Assembly: GCA_030390025.1 (NCBI GenBank)
Contig: JASTWF010000033.1
Location: 3,536,001-3,600,000 of the forward strand
DNA from: Squalus acanthias
Lineage: Eukaryota
Direction of reading: 5' to 3'
DNA: 64,000 nt
The notes under the pieces are model-generated. The model did not search any database. It saw only the letters and a program-made list of their open reading frames with translations, and had not been told where the DNA came from. The position numbers and the translations under genes were made by a program. Shown here piece after piece: positions 13,333-26,832 of this stretch (positions are counted from its first letter, which is position 1; each line of letters opens with the position of its first letter).

Positions 13333-13468
13333 CTGGGGATCAGAGAGAGAAATAACAGGAATCAGAGTAAATCCCCAGAGTTTATTAATAACACTATTAC
13401 TGAATAATAATGTTCAGTGTCAGACATCCAGTTATTATAAACACAATCTCACACAGTCTGGTACTTAC

Positions 13469-13555
13469 CCCAGTTTCTGTATTTTACACTCTGGGTTCCT
13501 CAGAGCCGCAGACAGCAGTTTCACTCTTGAATCTCTCAGTTTACTGTTGTTCAGT
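13469..13555 (-). pseudogene. NLR LRR exon, 87 bp
   Basis: Acceptor tgtgtttAG, donor GTaagt, phase 2-2. Translates LNNSKLRDSRVKLLSAALRNPECKIQKL, matching the LxxNxLGDSGVKLL...CKxQxL NLR repeat. Confidence 0.9.
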
Positions 13556-13741
13556 CTAAACACAAACAGAGAGAGAAACAAACTGAATCAAAGCCCGGAT
13601 CTGATATATTTTTCTCTTTCGGATATTACAGCAATCACTGAAAGTACTTCAGGAAATTAATAATTCGGATTCACCCCGTGATTTCCTCCCTGGGCATGTC
13701 GGGTGGAACCGGTGGCGGGTCGGGTGAGAACGGGGTCGGTG

Positions 13742-15605
13742 GCATAGAAACATATAAGATAGGAGCAGAATAAGGCCATTCGGCCTCTCGAGCCTGCTCC
13801 GCCATTCGATGAGATCATGGCTGATCATCCAAACTCAGTACCCTGCCCCTGCATTCTCCCCGTATCCCTTGATACATTTAGCTATAAAAAATATATCTAA
13901 CTCATTCTTGAATATATTTAATGATTTGGCCTCAACTACCTTCTGTGGTAGAGAATTCCAAATGTTCACCACTCTCTGGGTGAAGAAATTCTTCCTCATT
14001 TCTGTCCTAAATGGCTTACCCCTTATCCTTAGATTTTGACCCCTGGTTCTGGGCTCTCCGACCATCGGGAACATTCTTCCTGCATCTAGTTTGTCCAGAC
14101 CTGTCAGAATTTTATATGTTTCGATTCGATCCCCTCTCATTCTTCTGTACTCCAGCGAGTATAAGCCCAATCGACCCAATCTCTCCTCATATGTCATTCC
14201 TGCCATCCCAGGTATCAGCCTGGTGAATCTTCGCTGAACTCCTTCCATGGCAAGAACATTCTTCATCAGATAAGGCGACCAAAACTGCACACAGTACTCA
14301 AGGTGTGGTCTCACCAAGGCCCTGTACAACTGCCGCAGGACATCCCTGTTCCTATACTCAAACCCTTTCGCTATGAAGGCCAACATACCATTTGCCTTCT
14401 TCACCGCCTGCTGCACCTGCATGCTTACCTTCAGCAAGGACACCCAGGTCTCGTTGCACTGCCCCTTCTCCCAATCTATTGCCATTCAGATAATAGTCTG
14501 CCTTTCTGTTTTTGACACCAAAGTGGATAACCTCGCATTTATCCACGTTATATTGCATCTGCCACGCTTCTGCCCACTCACCCAACCTATCCAAATCATC
14601 CTGGAGTTTCTCGTTATCCTCCTCGCAGCAAACACATCCACCCAGCTTTGTGTCATCTGCTAACTTGGAGATATTACATTTAGTTCCCTTATCTAGATCA
14701 TTAACGTATATTGTGAATAGCTGGGGTCCAAGGACCGATCCCTGCGGTACCCCACTAGTCACTGCTTGCCACTCGGAAAAAGACCCATTAATTCCTACTC
14801 TCTGCTTTCTGTCCGCCAACCAGTTCTCTATCCAAGTCAATACCTTGCCCCCAATCCCATGTGCCTTAACTTTACACGCTAATCTCTTATGCGGGACCTT
14901 ATCGAAAGCCTTTTGAAAGTCCAAATACACCACATCTACTGGTTCTCCCTTATGTATTTTCCCAGTTACATCCTCAAAAAATTCCGGTTGATTAGTCATG
15001 CACGATTTACCTTTTGTAAATCCATGATGACTTTGTCCGATCCTGTCACTGTTTTTCAAGTGCTCAGCTATTACATAGATACATACATAGATACATAGAA
15101 GATAGGAGCAGGAGTAGGCCATCCGGCCCTTCGAGCCTGCTCCGCCATTTAATGAGATCCTTTACAATGGACTCTAGAATTTTCCCCAGTACCGATGTCA
15201 GGCTTACCGGTCTGTAATTCCCCGCTTTCTCTCTATCACCCTTTTTGAATAGTGGGGTAACATTAGCTACCCTCCAATCCATGGGCACTGTTCCAGATTC
15301 CATTGACTGTTGGAAGATGATCAGCAATTCATCTACTATTTCTAGGGCCACTTCCATAAGTACCCTAGGATGTAGATTATCAGGCCCTGGGGATTTATCG
15401 GCCTTCAATCCCGTCAATTTCCCTAACACCATTTCCCTGCAAATACTGATTTATTTCAGTTCCTCCCTTTCATCAGACCCTATATTCTCCAACATCTCTG
15501 CGAGGTTATTTGTGTCCTGCTTTGTGAAGACAGAACCAAAATATGTATTTAATTGGTCAGCCATTTCTTTGTTCCCCATTATAAATTTCCCCGCTTCTGA
15601 CTGCA
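13742..15605 (-). mobile_element. CR1 LINE 3' portion (RT and 3' UTR)
   Basis: ORFs contain [30 protein letters not shown] and [13 protein letters not shown]; tail at 13742-13820. Confidence 0.95.
15072..15158 (-). mobile_element. Extremely 5'-truncated CR1 tail inserted in a CR1 RT
   Basis: CR1 3' end plus (atacatag)n microsatellite tail interrupts the KDVIAEHL coding sequence. Confidence 0.75.
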
Positions 15606-17600
15606 ATTAGGAAGGCAAGTGGCATGTTGTCCTTCATTGCAAGTGGGTTGGAGTATAAGAGTAAGGAAGTCTTACTACAATTTTGCAGGGCATTGGTGAC
15701 ACCACATTTGGAGCCATGTGTACAGTATTCGCCTCCTTATTTACAGAAGGATATAAATGCGTTGGAAGCAGTTCAGAGAAGGCTACGGGACCTTTAACCT
15801 GTATCTAACCCGTTCTGTACCTGTCCTGTGAGTGTTAGATTGGAGAATGTGGAGGGAGCTTTACTCTGTATCTAGCCCGTGTTGTACCTGCCCTGGGCGT
15901 GTTTGATGGGACAGTGTAGAGGGAGTTTTACTCTGTATCTAGCCCATGTTGTACCTGCCCTGGGCATTGGTGAGACCACATCTGGAGTACTGTGTACAGT
16001 ATTGGTCTCCTTATTTAAGGCAGGATGTAAATGCGTTGGAAGCAGTTCAGAGAAGGTTTACTAGACTAATACATGGAATGCGCGGGTTGTCTTATGAGGA
16101 AAGGTTTGACAGGCCAGGCTTGTATCCGCTGGAATTTAGAAGAGTAAGAGGTGACTTGATTGAAACAAATAAGATCCCGAGGGGTCTGGACAGGGTGGGT
16201 GTGGAGAGGATGTTTCCTCTTGTGGGAGAATCTAAAACTAGGGGACACTGTTCAAAAATAAGGGGTCGGCCATATAAGACAGAGCTGAGGAGAAATTTCT
16301 TCACAGAGGGTCGCAAGTCTTTGGAAATCAACCTCAGAGGGCGGTGGAAGCAGAATATTTGAATATTTTTAAGGCAGAGGTAGATAGATTCTTGGTAAGC
16401 AAGGGGGTAAAAAGTTATCGGAGGTAGGCGGGAATGTGGATTAATCAGATCAGCCATGATCTTATTGAATGGCGGAGCAGGTCCGAAGATGTAGGTGAGG
16501 TTTTAAATGAATATTTTGCATCTGTGTTCACTATAGAGAAGGACGATGTACGCATATAAATCAGGCAGGGCGATTGTGATATACTTGAACAAATTTGCAT
16601 TGAGAGGGAGGAGGTACTAGCGGTTTTAGCAGGCTTATAACTGGATACATCTCCAGGCCCAGACGAGATGTATCCCAGGCTGCTGTGTGAGGCAAGGGAG
16701 GAGATTGCAGGGGCTCTGACACAAATTTTCAGAACCTCTCTAGCCACAGGGGAGATGCCAGAGGACTGGAGAACAGCTAACGTAGTATCATTATTCAAGA
16801 AGGGTAGTAGTGATAAACCAAGGAATTACAGGCCAGTGAGCCTAACATCAGTGGGAGGGAAATTATTGGAAAATAATCCTGAGGGATTGAATTAGTATCC
16901 ACTTTGAGAGGCAAGGATTAAATCAAGGATAGTCAGCATGGCTTTGTCCGGGGGAGATCATGTCTAAACAATTTGATTGCTTTTTTCGAGGGGGTGACTT
17001 GGTGTGTGGATGATGGTAGTGCAGTTGATGTAGTTTAGATGGACTTCAGTAAGGCTTTTGACAAAGTCCCGCATGGGAGGCTGGTCAAGAAGGTAAGAGC
17101 CCATGGGATCCAGGGCAATTTGGCACATTGGATCCAAAATTGGCTTAGTGGCAGGAGGCGGAGGGTGATGGTCGAAGGTTGTTTTTGTGACTGGAAGCCT
17201 GTGTCCAGTGGTGTACCGCAGGGATCGGTGCTGGGTCCCTTGCTGTTTGTAGTGTACATTAATGATTTAGATGTGAATGTAGGAGGTATGATCAGTAAGT
17301 TAGATGACACGAAAATTGGTGGAGTGGTAAATCGCGAGGAGGGAAGCCTTAGGCTACAGGACGATATAGACGGGTTGGTCAGGTGGGCAGAACAGTGGCA
17401 AACGAAATTTAACCCTGAAAATTGAGAGGTGATGCATTTTGGGAAAACCAACAAGGCAAGGGAATACACAATGAATGGTAAGACCCTAGGAAGGACAGGA
17501 ACCTTAGTGTGCATGAACAGAGATCCCTGAAGGCAGCAGGACTGGTAGATAAGGTGGTTAAGAAGGCATATGGAATAGTTGCCTTCATTAGCCGAGGCAT
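15606..17600 (+). mobile_element. Concatenated CR1 ORF2 fragments
   Basis: ORFs [37 protein letters not shown] and [10 protein letters not shown]. Confidence 0.9.
15800..15965. repeat. About 67-bp tandem repeat, about 2.5 copies
   Basis: ctgtatctaRcccRtNNtgtacctgYcctg...gagggagYtttact starts at about 15800, 15866 and 15933. Confidence 0.8.
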
Positions 17601-20290
17601 AGCATTAACACAATTGAAAGGAAGGATATTAGCTCTGATGATATGTGATCAGTATGGGTAGAACTGACAAATAACAAGGGGCAGAAAACGTTAGTGGGAG
17701 TGGTATATAGACCTCCAAACAGTAATACGGAGGTTGGGGACGGCATTAAAAGGGAAATTAGAGAAGCATGCAGTAAGGGCACAGCAGTCATCATGGGTGA
17801 CTTTAATTTACATATAGATTGGGCTAACCAAATTAGTAAAAATACTGTGTTGGAGGAATTCCTAGAATGTTTACGAGATGGTTTTCTGGAACAATATGTC
17901 GAGGAACCAAACAGAGATCAGGCCATCTTAGACTGGGTATTATGCAACGATAAAGGATTAATTAGCAATCTTGTTGTACGACCCCCCTTGGGTCAGAGTG
18001 ATTATAATATGATAGAATTCTTCATTACGATGAAGAGTGAAGTAGTTGAATCAGAGACTAAGGTCCTGAATTTAAATAAAGGAAACTACGATGGTATGAG
18101 GCGCGAATTGGGTAGGATTGATTGGGGAATGTCACTCAAGGGGTTGACGGTGGATAGGCAATGGCAAACATTCAAAGACTGTACGGATGAACTACATAAT
18201 TTGTTCATCCCAGTGTGGCATAAGAAAAAAACAGAAAGGGTGACTCAACCGTGGCTAACAAGGGAAATTAGGGATAGCATAAGATCCAAGGAGAGAGCAT
18301 ATAAATTGGCCAGAAAAAGCGGTAGCCCTGAGGATTGGGAGCAGTTTAGGATTAAACAAAGGAGGTCAAAGGGATTAATTAAGAAGGGGAAAATAGAATA
18401 TGAAAGTAATCTTGCTGGGAACATAAAAACTGAATGTAAGAGCTTTTATAGATATGTGAAGAGAAAAAGATTAGTGAAATCAAGTGTAGGTCCCTTGCAG
18501 TCAGAAGCGGGGGAAGTTATAATGGGGAACAAATAAATGGCAGCCCAATTAAATACATATTTTTTTTTCTGTATTCACAAAGGAGGACACAAATAACCTC
18601 CCAGAGATGTTGGAGAACATATGGTCTGATGAAAGGGAGGAACTGAAATAAATCAGTATTTGCAGGGAAATGGTGTTAGGGAAATTGACGGGATTGAAGG
18701 CCGATAAATCCCCAGGGCCTGATAATCTACCTCCTAGGGTACTTAAGGAAGTGCCCTAGAAATAGTAGATGCATTGCTAATCATCTTCCAACAATCGATG
18801 GAATCTGAAACTATACCCATGGATTGCAGGGTAGCTAATTTCACCCCAATATTCAAAAAGGGTGGTAGAGAGAAAGCGGGGAATTACAGACCGGTAAGCC
18901 TGACATCGGTAGTGGGGAAAATGCTAGAGTACATTATAAAGGATGTAATAGCTGAGCACTTGCAAAACAGTGACAGGATCGGACAAAGTCAACATGGATT
19001 TACAAAAGGTAAATCGTGCTTGACTAATCTACTGCAATTTTTTGAGGATGTAACTGGGAAAATAGATAAGGGAGAACCAGTAGATGTGGTGTATTTGGAC
19101 TTTCAAAAGGCTTTTGATAAAGTCGTGCATAAGAGATTAGCGTAAAAGTTAAGGCACATGGGATTGGGGGCAAGGTATTGTCTTGGATAGAGAACTGGTT
19201 GGCGGACAGAAAGCAGAGAGTAGGAATTAATGGGTCTTTTTCCGAGTGGCAAGCAGTGACTAGTGGGGTACCGCAGGGATCGGTCCTTGGACCCCAGCTA
19301 TTCACAATATACATTAATGATCTAGATAAGGGAATTAAATGTAATATCTCCAAGTTTGCAGATGACACAAAGCTGGGTGGGAGTGTGTGCTGCGAGGAGG
19401 ATACCAAGAAACTCCAGGATGATTTGGACAGGTTGGGTGAGTGGGCAGAAGCGTGGCAGATGCAATATAACGTGGATAAGTGCGAGGTTATCCACTTTGG
19501 TGTCAAAAACAGAAAGGCAGACTATTATCCGAATGGCAATAGATTGGGAGAGGGGGAAGTGCAACGAGACCTGGGTGTCCTTGTGCACCAGTCGCTGAAG
19601 GTAAGCATGCAGGTGCAGCAGGCGGTGAAGAAGGCAAATGGTATCTTGGCCTTCATAGCGAAAGGGTTTGAGTATAGGAACAGGGATGTCCTGCTGCAGT
19701 TGTACAGGGCCTTGGTGAGACCACACCTTGACTACTGAGTGCAGTTTTGGTCGCCTTATCTGAGGAAGAATGTTCTTGCCATGGAAGGAGTTCAGCGAAG
19801 ATTCACAAGGCTGATACTTGGGATGGCAGGAATGACATATGAGGAGAGATTGGGTCGATTGGGCTTATACTCACTGGAGTATAGAAGAATGAGAGGGGAT
19901 CTCATCGAAACATATAAAATTCTGACAGGTCTGGACAAACTGGATGCAGGAAGAATGGTCCCGATGGTTGGAGAGTCCAGAACCAGGGGTCATAATCTAC
20001 GGATAACGGGTAAACCATTTAGGACAGAAATGAGGAAGAATTTCTTCACCCAGTGAGTGGTGAACCTGTGGAATTCTCTACCACAGAAGGTAGTTGAGGC
20101 GAAGTCATTAAATATATTCAAGGATGAGTTAGATGTATTTCTTAAAGCTAAAGGTATCAAGGGATATGGGGAGAAGGCAGGTATAGGGTACTGAGTTTGG
20201 ATGATCAGCCATGATCTCATCGAATGGCGGAGCAGGCTCGAGGGGCCGAATGTCCTACTCCTGCTCCTTTCTTCTATGTTTCTATGTCTA
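17601..20290 (+). mobile_element. CR1 ORF2, near complete (partial APE, RT, 3' UTR), with stops and frameshifts
   Basis: ORFs 17694-18536, 18774-19145, 19178-19738 (FADD) and 19739-20056; tail (ttctatgt)n at about 20270-20290. Confidence 0.95.
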
Positions 20291-22060
20291 TAAAAGCGCA
20301 GAGAGGTTATGATGGAGCTGTAGAAAACGCTAGTTATGCTACAGCTGGAATAATGTGTGCAGTTCTTGTCGCCACAATATAGGAAGGATGTGATTTCATT
20401 GGAGAGGGTGCAGAGGAGATTCTCCAGGATGTTATCTTGGCTGGAGCGTTTCAGCTATGAAGAGAGACTGGACAGGCTGGGGTTGTTTTCCTTAGAGCAG
20501 AGAAGGCTGAGGGGGGACCTGACTGAGGTGTACAAAATTATGAGGGGCATTGATAGAAAGGAACTTTTCCCCTTAGTCCAGGGGTCAATAGCCAGGGTGC
20601 ATAGTTTCAAGGTAAGGGGCAGGAGGTTTAGAGGGGATTTGAGGAAACACTTTTTCACCCAGAGGGTGGTTGGAATCTGGAACTCACTGTCTGAAAGGAT
20701 GGTAGAGGCAGGAACCCTCACAACATTCAAGAAGTATTTAGATGAGCACTTGAAACGCCATAGCATACAAGGCTACGGACCAGGTGCTGTAGGGGTTGGT
20801 AGTGGGGTCAGCCACCGCCTTCTGACTCAGTGAGCGATTCGACTCGCTCCCACGCCCCTGGTTCCTAGACTTTGGACTTATTTAGGGATTGTGAACAAAA
20901 TTGCAGTAGACAACAATGTCTGATGAAAGAATTTTGACTTTATTAAAAGAAAAAGGTAACAAACTTAAAGCACACTTAATAATTCAACACAGGTTGGGGA
21001 ACTCACGGTACAGTCGAGGGAGAAAGACAATATACCAACAAAAACCTTATCCCTCCCAAAGATCCCACTATCTAGCTAGGTTTTTGGTTTAAGGAGATCA
21101 GGGGTAATGCTCACCAACGAATCCTTGACAGAATTTTTGAGTCTTTTGATTAAAAGATTTCATAAGGTCCTTGTTGCTGCGAGGTGTCCGATGGTCACTG
21201 AGGCAGTCGCTCTGGTTTCTTCTTGTGTAAAGGTCTGTTTGTTGGCCTTCCTCCTTCCTCCTCGTGACTTGTGGTATTTTCGCTGGAGCAGGGCTGAGAG
21301 AGAGAGAGGGAGAGAGCTGTTCCAGCGTTGTCAGCGAGTCTAAAAGAGAGAGCGTCTTGGGTCAGGCTCCAGTTATATTGTCTTTTTCGCGCCCAAAACC
21401 CCTTATTAAAACGGTTTTCCTTTAGATTTCAAATGAGCCCTGTATAATCCATTGTCGAGTTTTTGTGTGCTTGCCAATTCCGATGACATTAACTTGGTGT
21501 TAGACATGTGCTGATCGTTTTCCGTTTTAGGCAAAGCCTTATCTACGCGCCAAATCTCATCCCTATTGTCCTAGTTCTGTTGGCAGGCTTTTAAATCTGT
21601 CCTGTGGATACCTGGTTGATTGGTTCTTGATGAAGTGAATCGGGTTGCTTAATGTTTTATTGATTTCAAAAAAAAGGTCTTGGTATTCATATTTCGATGT
21701 GTTGTGAGGCTTTTGATTTTGACTTTTCCTCCTTGATAGCAAGGCAGTGTAAACACACTGCAGACAGCTTACTGCACTGCCTGGCCACGCCCCACTGCAG
21801 CCTGTGTGTCTGTGAAAGGTGTCTTTCCCAACAGTAAGATTCGAAAAGTCATTTTCCTCAGGGTTTTCTTCTTGTATTTTAAAAATGTCCAAAACTGAGG
21901 GTTTTACCTCAAATCACTTCACTTAGGGTTCTGTTCGAGTTTCTGGGGGATTTTGCGAAGCCTACACTGCTGGAAAATGGGATTAGGATAGACAGGGCTT
22001 GATGGCCGGCGCAGACACGATGGGCCGAAGGGCCTCTTTCTGTGCTGTATAACTCTATGA
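20291..22060 (+). mobile_element. CR1 3' fragment split by a solo LTR
   Basis: ORF 20357-20833 (ERVQRRFSRM...WNSL); the CR1 3' UTR resumes at 21967 (ctgctggaaaatgggattag). Confidence 0.85.
20788..21966 (-). mobile_element. Solo LTR, about 1.18 kb
   Basis: Inverted termini TGTAGG...CCTACA; imperfect TSD gtgc/ctgc; clean interruption of a CR1; minus-strand AATAAA at 20939-20944. Confidence 0.85.
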
Positions 22061-22320
22061 CTCCGGATTACTACAAGTGCCACGTGCTAGGGAGTACAAA
22101 AATAGGAAGTTGGAGCAGATGAATGCGTGGCTGGAGAGATGATGTAGTGGGGAGGGCGTTAGATTCCGGAGGCATTGGGTCCGTTTCTGGGGAAGGTGGG
22201 ACCTATACAAGCCAGACGGGTTGCAACTCAACGGGAACGGGACCACTTTCCTCGCGGGGAGTTTTGCTAGTCCTGTTGGGGAGGGTTTCAACGAGCTTGG
22301 CAGTGGGATGGGAACATGAG
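22061..22320 (+). mobile_element. CR1 ORF1 esterase C-terminal fragment
   Basis: Encodes MNAWLER...FWGRWDLYKPDGLQLN. Confidence 0.8.
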
Positions 22321-22671
22321 GGTGGAATCAGAAGGGAGAAAAGCCAAGCTGGAAATAAAAGATAGGGGTTCAGATTGTAGATTAAATAATAATAAACTAT
22401 TACCGTGATTTGATTGAAATAGAAAGGAGGGATTCACATGTGGAAGAATGTTGGTCAGAAGATTTCTGAGTTCATCTGAGAAAAATGAAGCAAATAAAAG
22501 ACAATTAAAGTCTGTTCCGTGTATTCTTACTGAGATTTGAATGAATGTTACTGCGTTTCACTGTCTGTATACACAGGAGTGAAGGATTACATCAAATTAA
22601 GATTATAATTTAGATTCGAATGGATCAGCAGGATGAGGGGTTTGTTCCATGAGGAGAGATTGAGTAGACTA

Positions 22672-23412
22672 GGGCAGAGAGAGAGGGAAACAGAGAGAGA
22701 GAGAGGCGGACAGAGAGAGAGAGAGGGACAGAGAGAGAGAGGGGACAGAGATGGGTGGGGACAGAGAGAAAGAGAGGGGACAGAAAGAGAGAGAGGGGGA
22801 CAGAGAGAGAGAGGGGGACACAGAGAGAGAGAGGGGGACAGAGAGAGAGAGAGGGCGACAGAGAAAGAGAGTGGACAGAGAGAGTGAGGGGACAGATAGA
22901 TAGAGGGGGACAGAGCGAGAGAGGGGGACAGAGAGAGAGAGGGGAACAGAGAGAGAGAGGGGGACAGAGAAAGAAAGGGGGACAGAGAGAGAGGGGGACA
23001 GAGAGAGAGAGCGACAGACAGAGAGGGAGAGAAGAGAGGGGACAGAGAGAGAGAGCGACAGACAGAGAGGGAGAGAGAGAGGGGACAGAGAGAGAGAGAG
23101 CGACAGACAGAGAGGGAGAGAGAGAGAGGGGACAGAGAGAGAGAGCGACAGACAGAGAGGGAGAGGGACAGGTGACAGAGACAGAGAGCGGACAGAGAGA
23201 GAGAGAGGGGACAAAAAGAGAGAAGGGGACTGAGAGAGAGAGGTGGACAGAGACAGAGAGGGGACAGAGAGAGAGAGAGGGGGACAGAGAGAGAGAGAGG
23301 AGGACAGAGAGAGAGAGAGCGGGACAGAGAGATAGAGGGGGACAGAGAGAGAGAGGGGGACAGAGAGAGGGGGTCAGAGAGAGAGAGGGGGACAGAGAGA
23401 GGGGGGGACAGT
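22672..23412. repeat. Purine-rich (GA)n/gggaca low-complexity array
   Basis: Directly visible. Confidence 0.95.
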
Positions 23413-23804
23413 GGCCCTCCCAGAGGACTGTGGAGAAAATTATCAGAGTGTTGAGGCTGCCGCGAAACACGAATGGAGGCTGAATCCATATGTGGAAAAC
23501 AAGAAACTTTTATTCACTGCATGGCACACAAAATGGCTGAGAAAGCTGCTCCCAGAATTCTCTGGAAAAACTCCCAGAATTCTCTGGGTAAAACCTGAGG
23601 CCCCGCCCCCTTCTGCCTTCAAGGTAATGTGCCTTAAAGGGGAAGGTGCTGGAAATTTGTCCACAGACGGAAGAGTGGATTATGCCCGTTTTAGGTGGCG
23701 ATCCGCCACATGCTCACCTTTCCTTCACAGAGATGGTCACACCCTTTCCAGGATATTCTTCCCTCTGGCACAAAGGAGGCAACTTACCATTCGGGACATG
23801 CTCA

Positions 23805-24140
23805 GGGCTGCAGAAGAGTCTGTCTACTCCCCTGACTATAGAATCTCCCACCACTATCGCTCTCCTATTCCTGTGCCCCACCTGCCTCTCACCCCCGCTC
23901 CACTCGGGATGTCCTCCTGCTCTCTGGTGTCACACTGTTGCTCAGGAAGACGATTCTCTGAGTCACTGTCTCTATCCACCTTACAGTCCCCAATGCCAGG
24001 TATCTATTGGACAGTTCAAGTACTCAGGGGCTCTCTCCACCTGTGACTGTGATTCTCTGAGTCACTGTCTCAATCCACCTTACAGTCCCCAATACCAGGT
24101 ATCCAGTACTCAGAGACTGCCTCCTCCTGTGACTGTGGTG
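23805..24140 (-). mobile_element. CR1 ORF1 fragments with a local ~100-bp duplication
   Basis: Minus strand encodes RAIVVGDSIVRGVDRLFC and LSNRYLALGTV. Confidence 0.65.
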
Positions 24141-24282
24141 TCCTTCCAGATGATCACTAACCTCGATCTTTCTAATCAGTCCCTCTCCTGTTCCGTCTTC
24201 CAGTGTGAGCTGCAGGTTCATGCACGAGATCTGGACCTTTTGTCGGAACAGAATTTAAATTTAAAGTATTTTGTGAGCCTAC

Positions 24283-24378
24283 ATGTGTCCATTCTCATTC
24301 TTGTTGAAGATGTTGGATCTTCTCCCATGGTTGGACCTTCAGCCATGGTGGTGACAGCCGTTTCCAGGTTCTGATGCT
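24283..24378 (-). pseudogene. Probable first coding exon of the NLR remnant
   Basis: Acceptor ttattacAG; Kozak caccaccATGG (ATG at 24346); MAEGPTMGEDPTSSTRMRMDT; donor GTaggc. Resemblance to shark NLR N-termini is from recall and not verified. Confidence 0.55.
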
Positions 24379-24672
24379 CTGTAATAAATATAATATTAAT
24401 AGGAGTGTTAGATGGAAATAATGAAATGAGAAGGAGAACGTTGCCTTGTTAAACATGATATTAAGTCCCTCCTCCCCCATCAGTACACCAGCTCTTAGCT
24501 CTGCAATCGAGCATTTCCCGAGTGTTACGATCAACTCTCCACATCAGGTGTGACACAGACAGCTGCCCAGTGAAATCCAGAGAGTCCCACTGATCTCCAC
24601 AACCCAGTTCCAGGCCGGCTCCCATTGGCCCAGACTCTGCACTGGGAGCGCCCATTGGTGAAATTTACTCAC

Positions 24673-24717
24673 ACAGTGCTGGCCAAAACCAGCCTTATTC
24701 CTGAGGTAGGGAATATT
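24673..24717 (-). other. Candidate 5' UTR exon, 45 bp
   Basis: Acceptor tatttccctgcAG and donor GTgagt, upstream of the start exon on the same strand. Confidence 0.4.
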
Positions 24718-25304
24718 CTGCAGGGAAATAATGAGCGAGGGGATCATTGATGGATTAAATAACCCTTCTTTTGGTTTTACACAGTGTGGCGGAATTGTAT
24801 TATTTTTATTAACAGATTGGTGTTTTATATTTTTGTTTTGTTGAGTTTTGATATTAAATTGAAGTACTTTATGAATATGGTATCTATTCTCACACACACT
24901 ATATAGCTGGGTGTGTACCCTCTGGTCTCTATGGGCAGTGACATTGTCCGTGTGACCATGGAGATGTGTCCTGGTTGGTGTTTCTATTTGAATATATTGA
25001 CCATATCTCTCATGGTGTCAGCACCTGACCAATGAGCACTGTAGGAGGTGAGGACATTTACCGCTGTTCCACTAATATTAACACTTATGTAGAATGTTAT
25101 GAATCATGTCACTTTAATCAATTAGGCAATGCACAACATTTATTTGCGGACTATCAACAACAGTACAGTAGGAGATCCAACTGATTACAGAAAGTACAGA
25201 GGTGAACAAAAAAATGAAATAAGAGGGGGCAAGGAAAATGTATAGGAAATGATGAGCGGTAACATAAAAAAGGGAGAATTAAAGTCTTTTACAAACATAT
25301 AAAG

Positions 25305-26832
25305 AGTGAGAGCGAGAGGAGCGGCCGGAGATAAAGGTCGGCCCAAGAGCCCGGAGTCCGGAGGGAGTTCGAGCGTCAGGGAGCGAGGTAAGTGACGTCC
25401 GCACAAGGGAAGGAGCTGATTGGTGAGTAGCCAGTGATTGTTTTCTTGAAGTCTTATGTTTATTTCTGTTAAGTTACTTAATAGTCTATTAAGTAGAGGC
25501 ATGGCAGGGCACCTCGGTCCCGTGGAATGCACATCTTGTGCCATGTGGGAACTCCAGGATGCTTCCCGTGTCCTGGACAACCACATGTGCAGGAAGTGTC
25601 GTCAGCTGGAGGAGCTCAAGCTCCAGGTTTCGGGAGGAGGTGGTCATCCCACAGCGTAAAGGTGTGCAGGCACAGAGGGATTGGGTGACCATCAGAAAAC
25701 AAGGAGGACCAGGCAGGTAGTGCAGGAGTACCCTGAGTGCATCTCGCTCTCTAACCAGTATTCAGGGCTGAATACTGGTGAGGGCGATTGTTCCTCTGGA
25801 GAGTAGAGCCAGCGCCAAGTCCACGGCACCATGGGTGGCTCAGCTGTACAGGGGGCGGGAGGAAGATCTGGAAATCAATAGTGAGAGGAGATTCCATAAC
25901 TAGGGGAAGAGACAGGCGTTTCTGCAGCCGCAGACATGATTCGAGGATAGTATGTTGCCTCCGTGGTGCTAGGGTCAAGAATGTCACTGAGCGGCTGCAG
26001 AACATTCTCAGGGGGGAGGGTGAACAGCCAGAGGTCGTGGTCCACATCGGTATTAACGACATAGGTAGAAAGAGGGATAAGGTCCTGCAGGCAGATTTTA
26101 GGGAGCTAGGAAAGAGATTAAACAGCAGGCCCTCAAACGTAGAATTCTCCGATTTCTCCCGGTGCTACAAGCTAGTGAGTATAGAAATAGGAGGATAGAG
26201 CAGATTAATGCGTCGCTGGAGAGATGGTACAGGAGGGAGGGTTTTAGGTTCCCGGGACATTGGGATCGGTTCTTGGGGAAGTGGGACCTGTACAGGCCGG
26301 ATGGGTTGCACCTCAACAGGTCTGGGACCAATGTCCTCGCGGGGAGGTTTGCTGGTGCTGCTGGGGAGGGTATAAACTAATTGGGCAAGGGAATGGGCAC
26401 CAGTCTGTAGCAGTAGAAAGAAGAAACAGGTGCACAAAGTATTGGGACAGACCTATAGCACTAGAGTAAGACATAGTACGGTATTAGGTGGGGTCAGACT
26501 AAGGTGAGAATAAAAGATGATCTAAAAATTTTTTAAATGCATGTGTGTAAATGCACGAAGCGTGGTAAATAAGGTTGGTGAGTTGCAGGCGCAAATAGCC
26601 ACATGAGAATATGATGTCGTGGTGATAACAGAGACTTGGCTCAAAAAAGGGCAGGTTTGGGTACTAAATATTCCTGGATATAAGGTGTTCAGGAAAGGAA
26701 AGAAAGGAGGTGGGGTGGCAGTATTGATTAAGGAGAATATTACAGTGTTGTTGAGAGAGGATGTCCTGGAGGGGACAAGGACAGAACCCATTTGGATGGA
26801 GTTGAGAAATAATAGAGGTGCCCTAACACTAC
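25305..26832 (+). mobile_element. CR1 5' half: 5' UTR, ORF1 (Cys-rich N-terminus, SGNH esterase) and start of the ORF2 APE
   Basis: CTSCAMWE...MCRKC, GDSITRG, VVVHIGIND, DGLHLN and VITETWL. Confidence 0.9.

Noticed and set aside
22587..23489. ORFs of 240-300 aa rich in Ser/Leu or Glu/Arg
   Set aside because: They arise from the (GA)n low-complexity array.
23411..24374. Plus-strand ORFs of 211 and 242 aa
   Set aside because: No recognisable domain; largely antisense to CR1 ORF1 fragments and the candidate exon.
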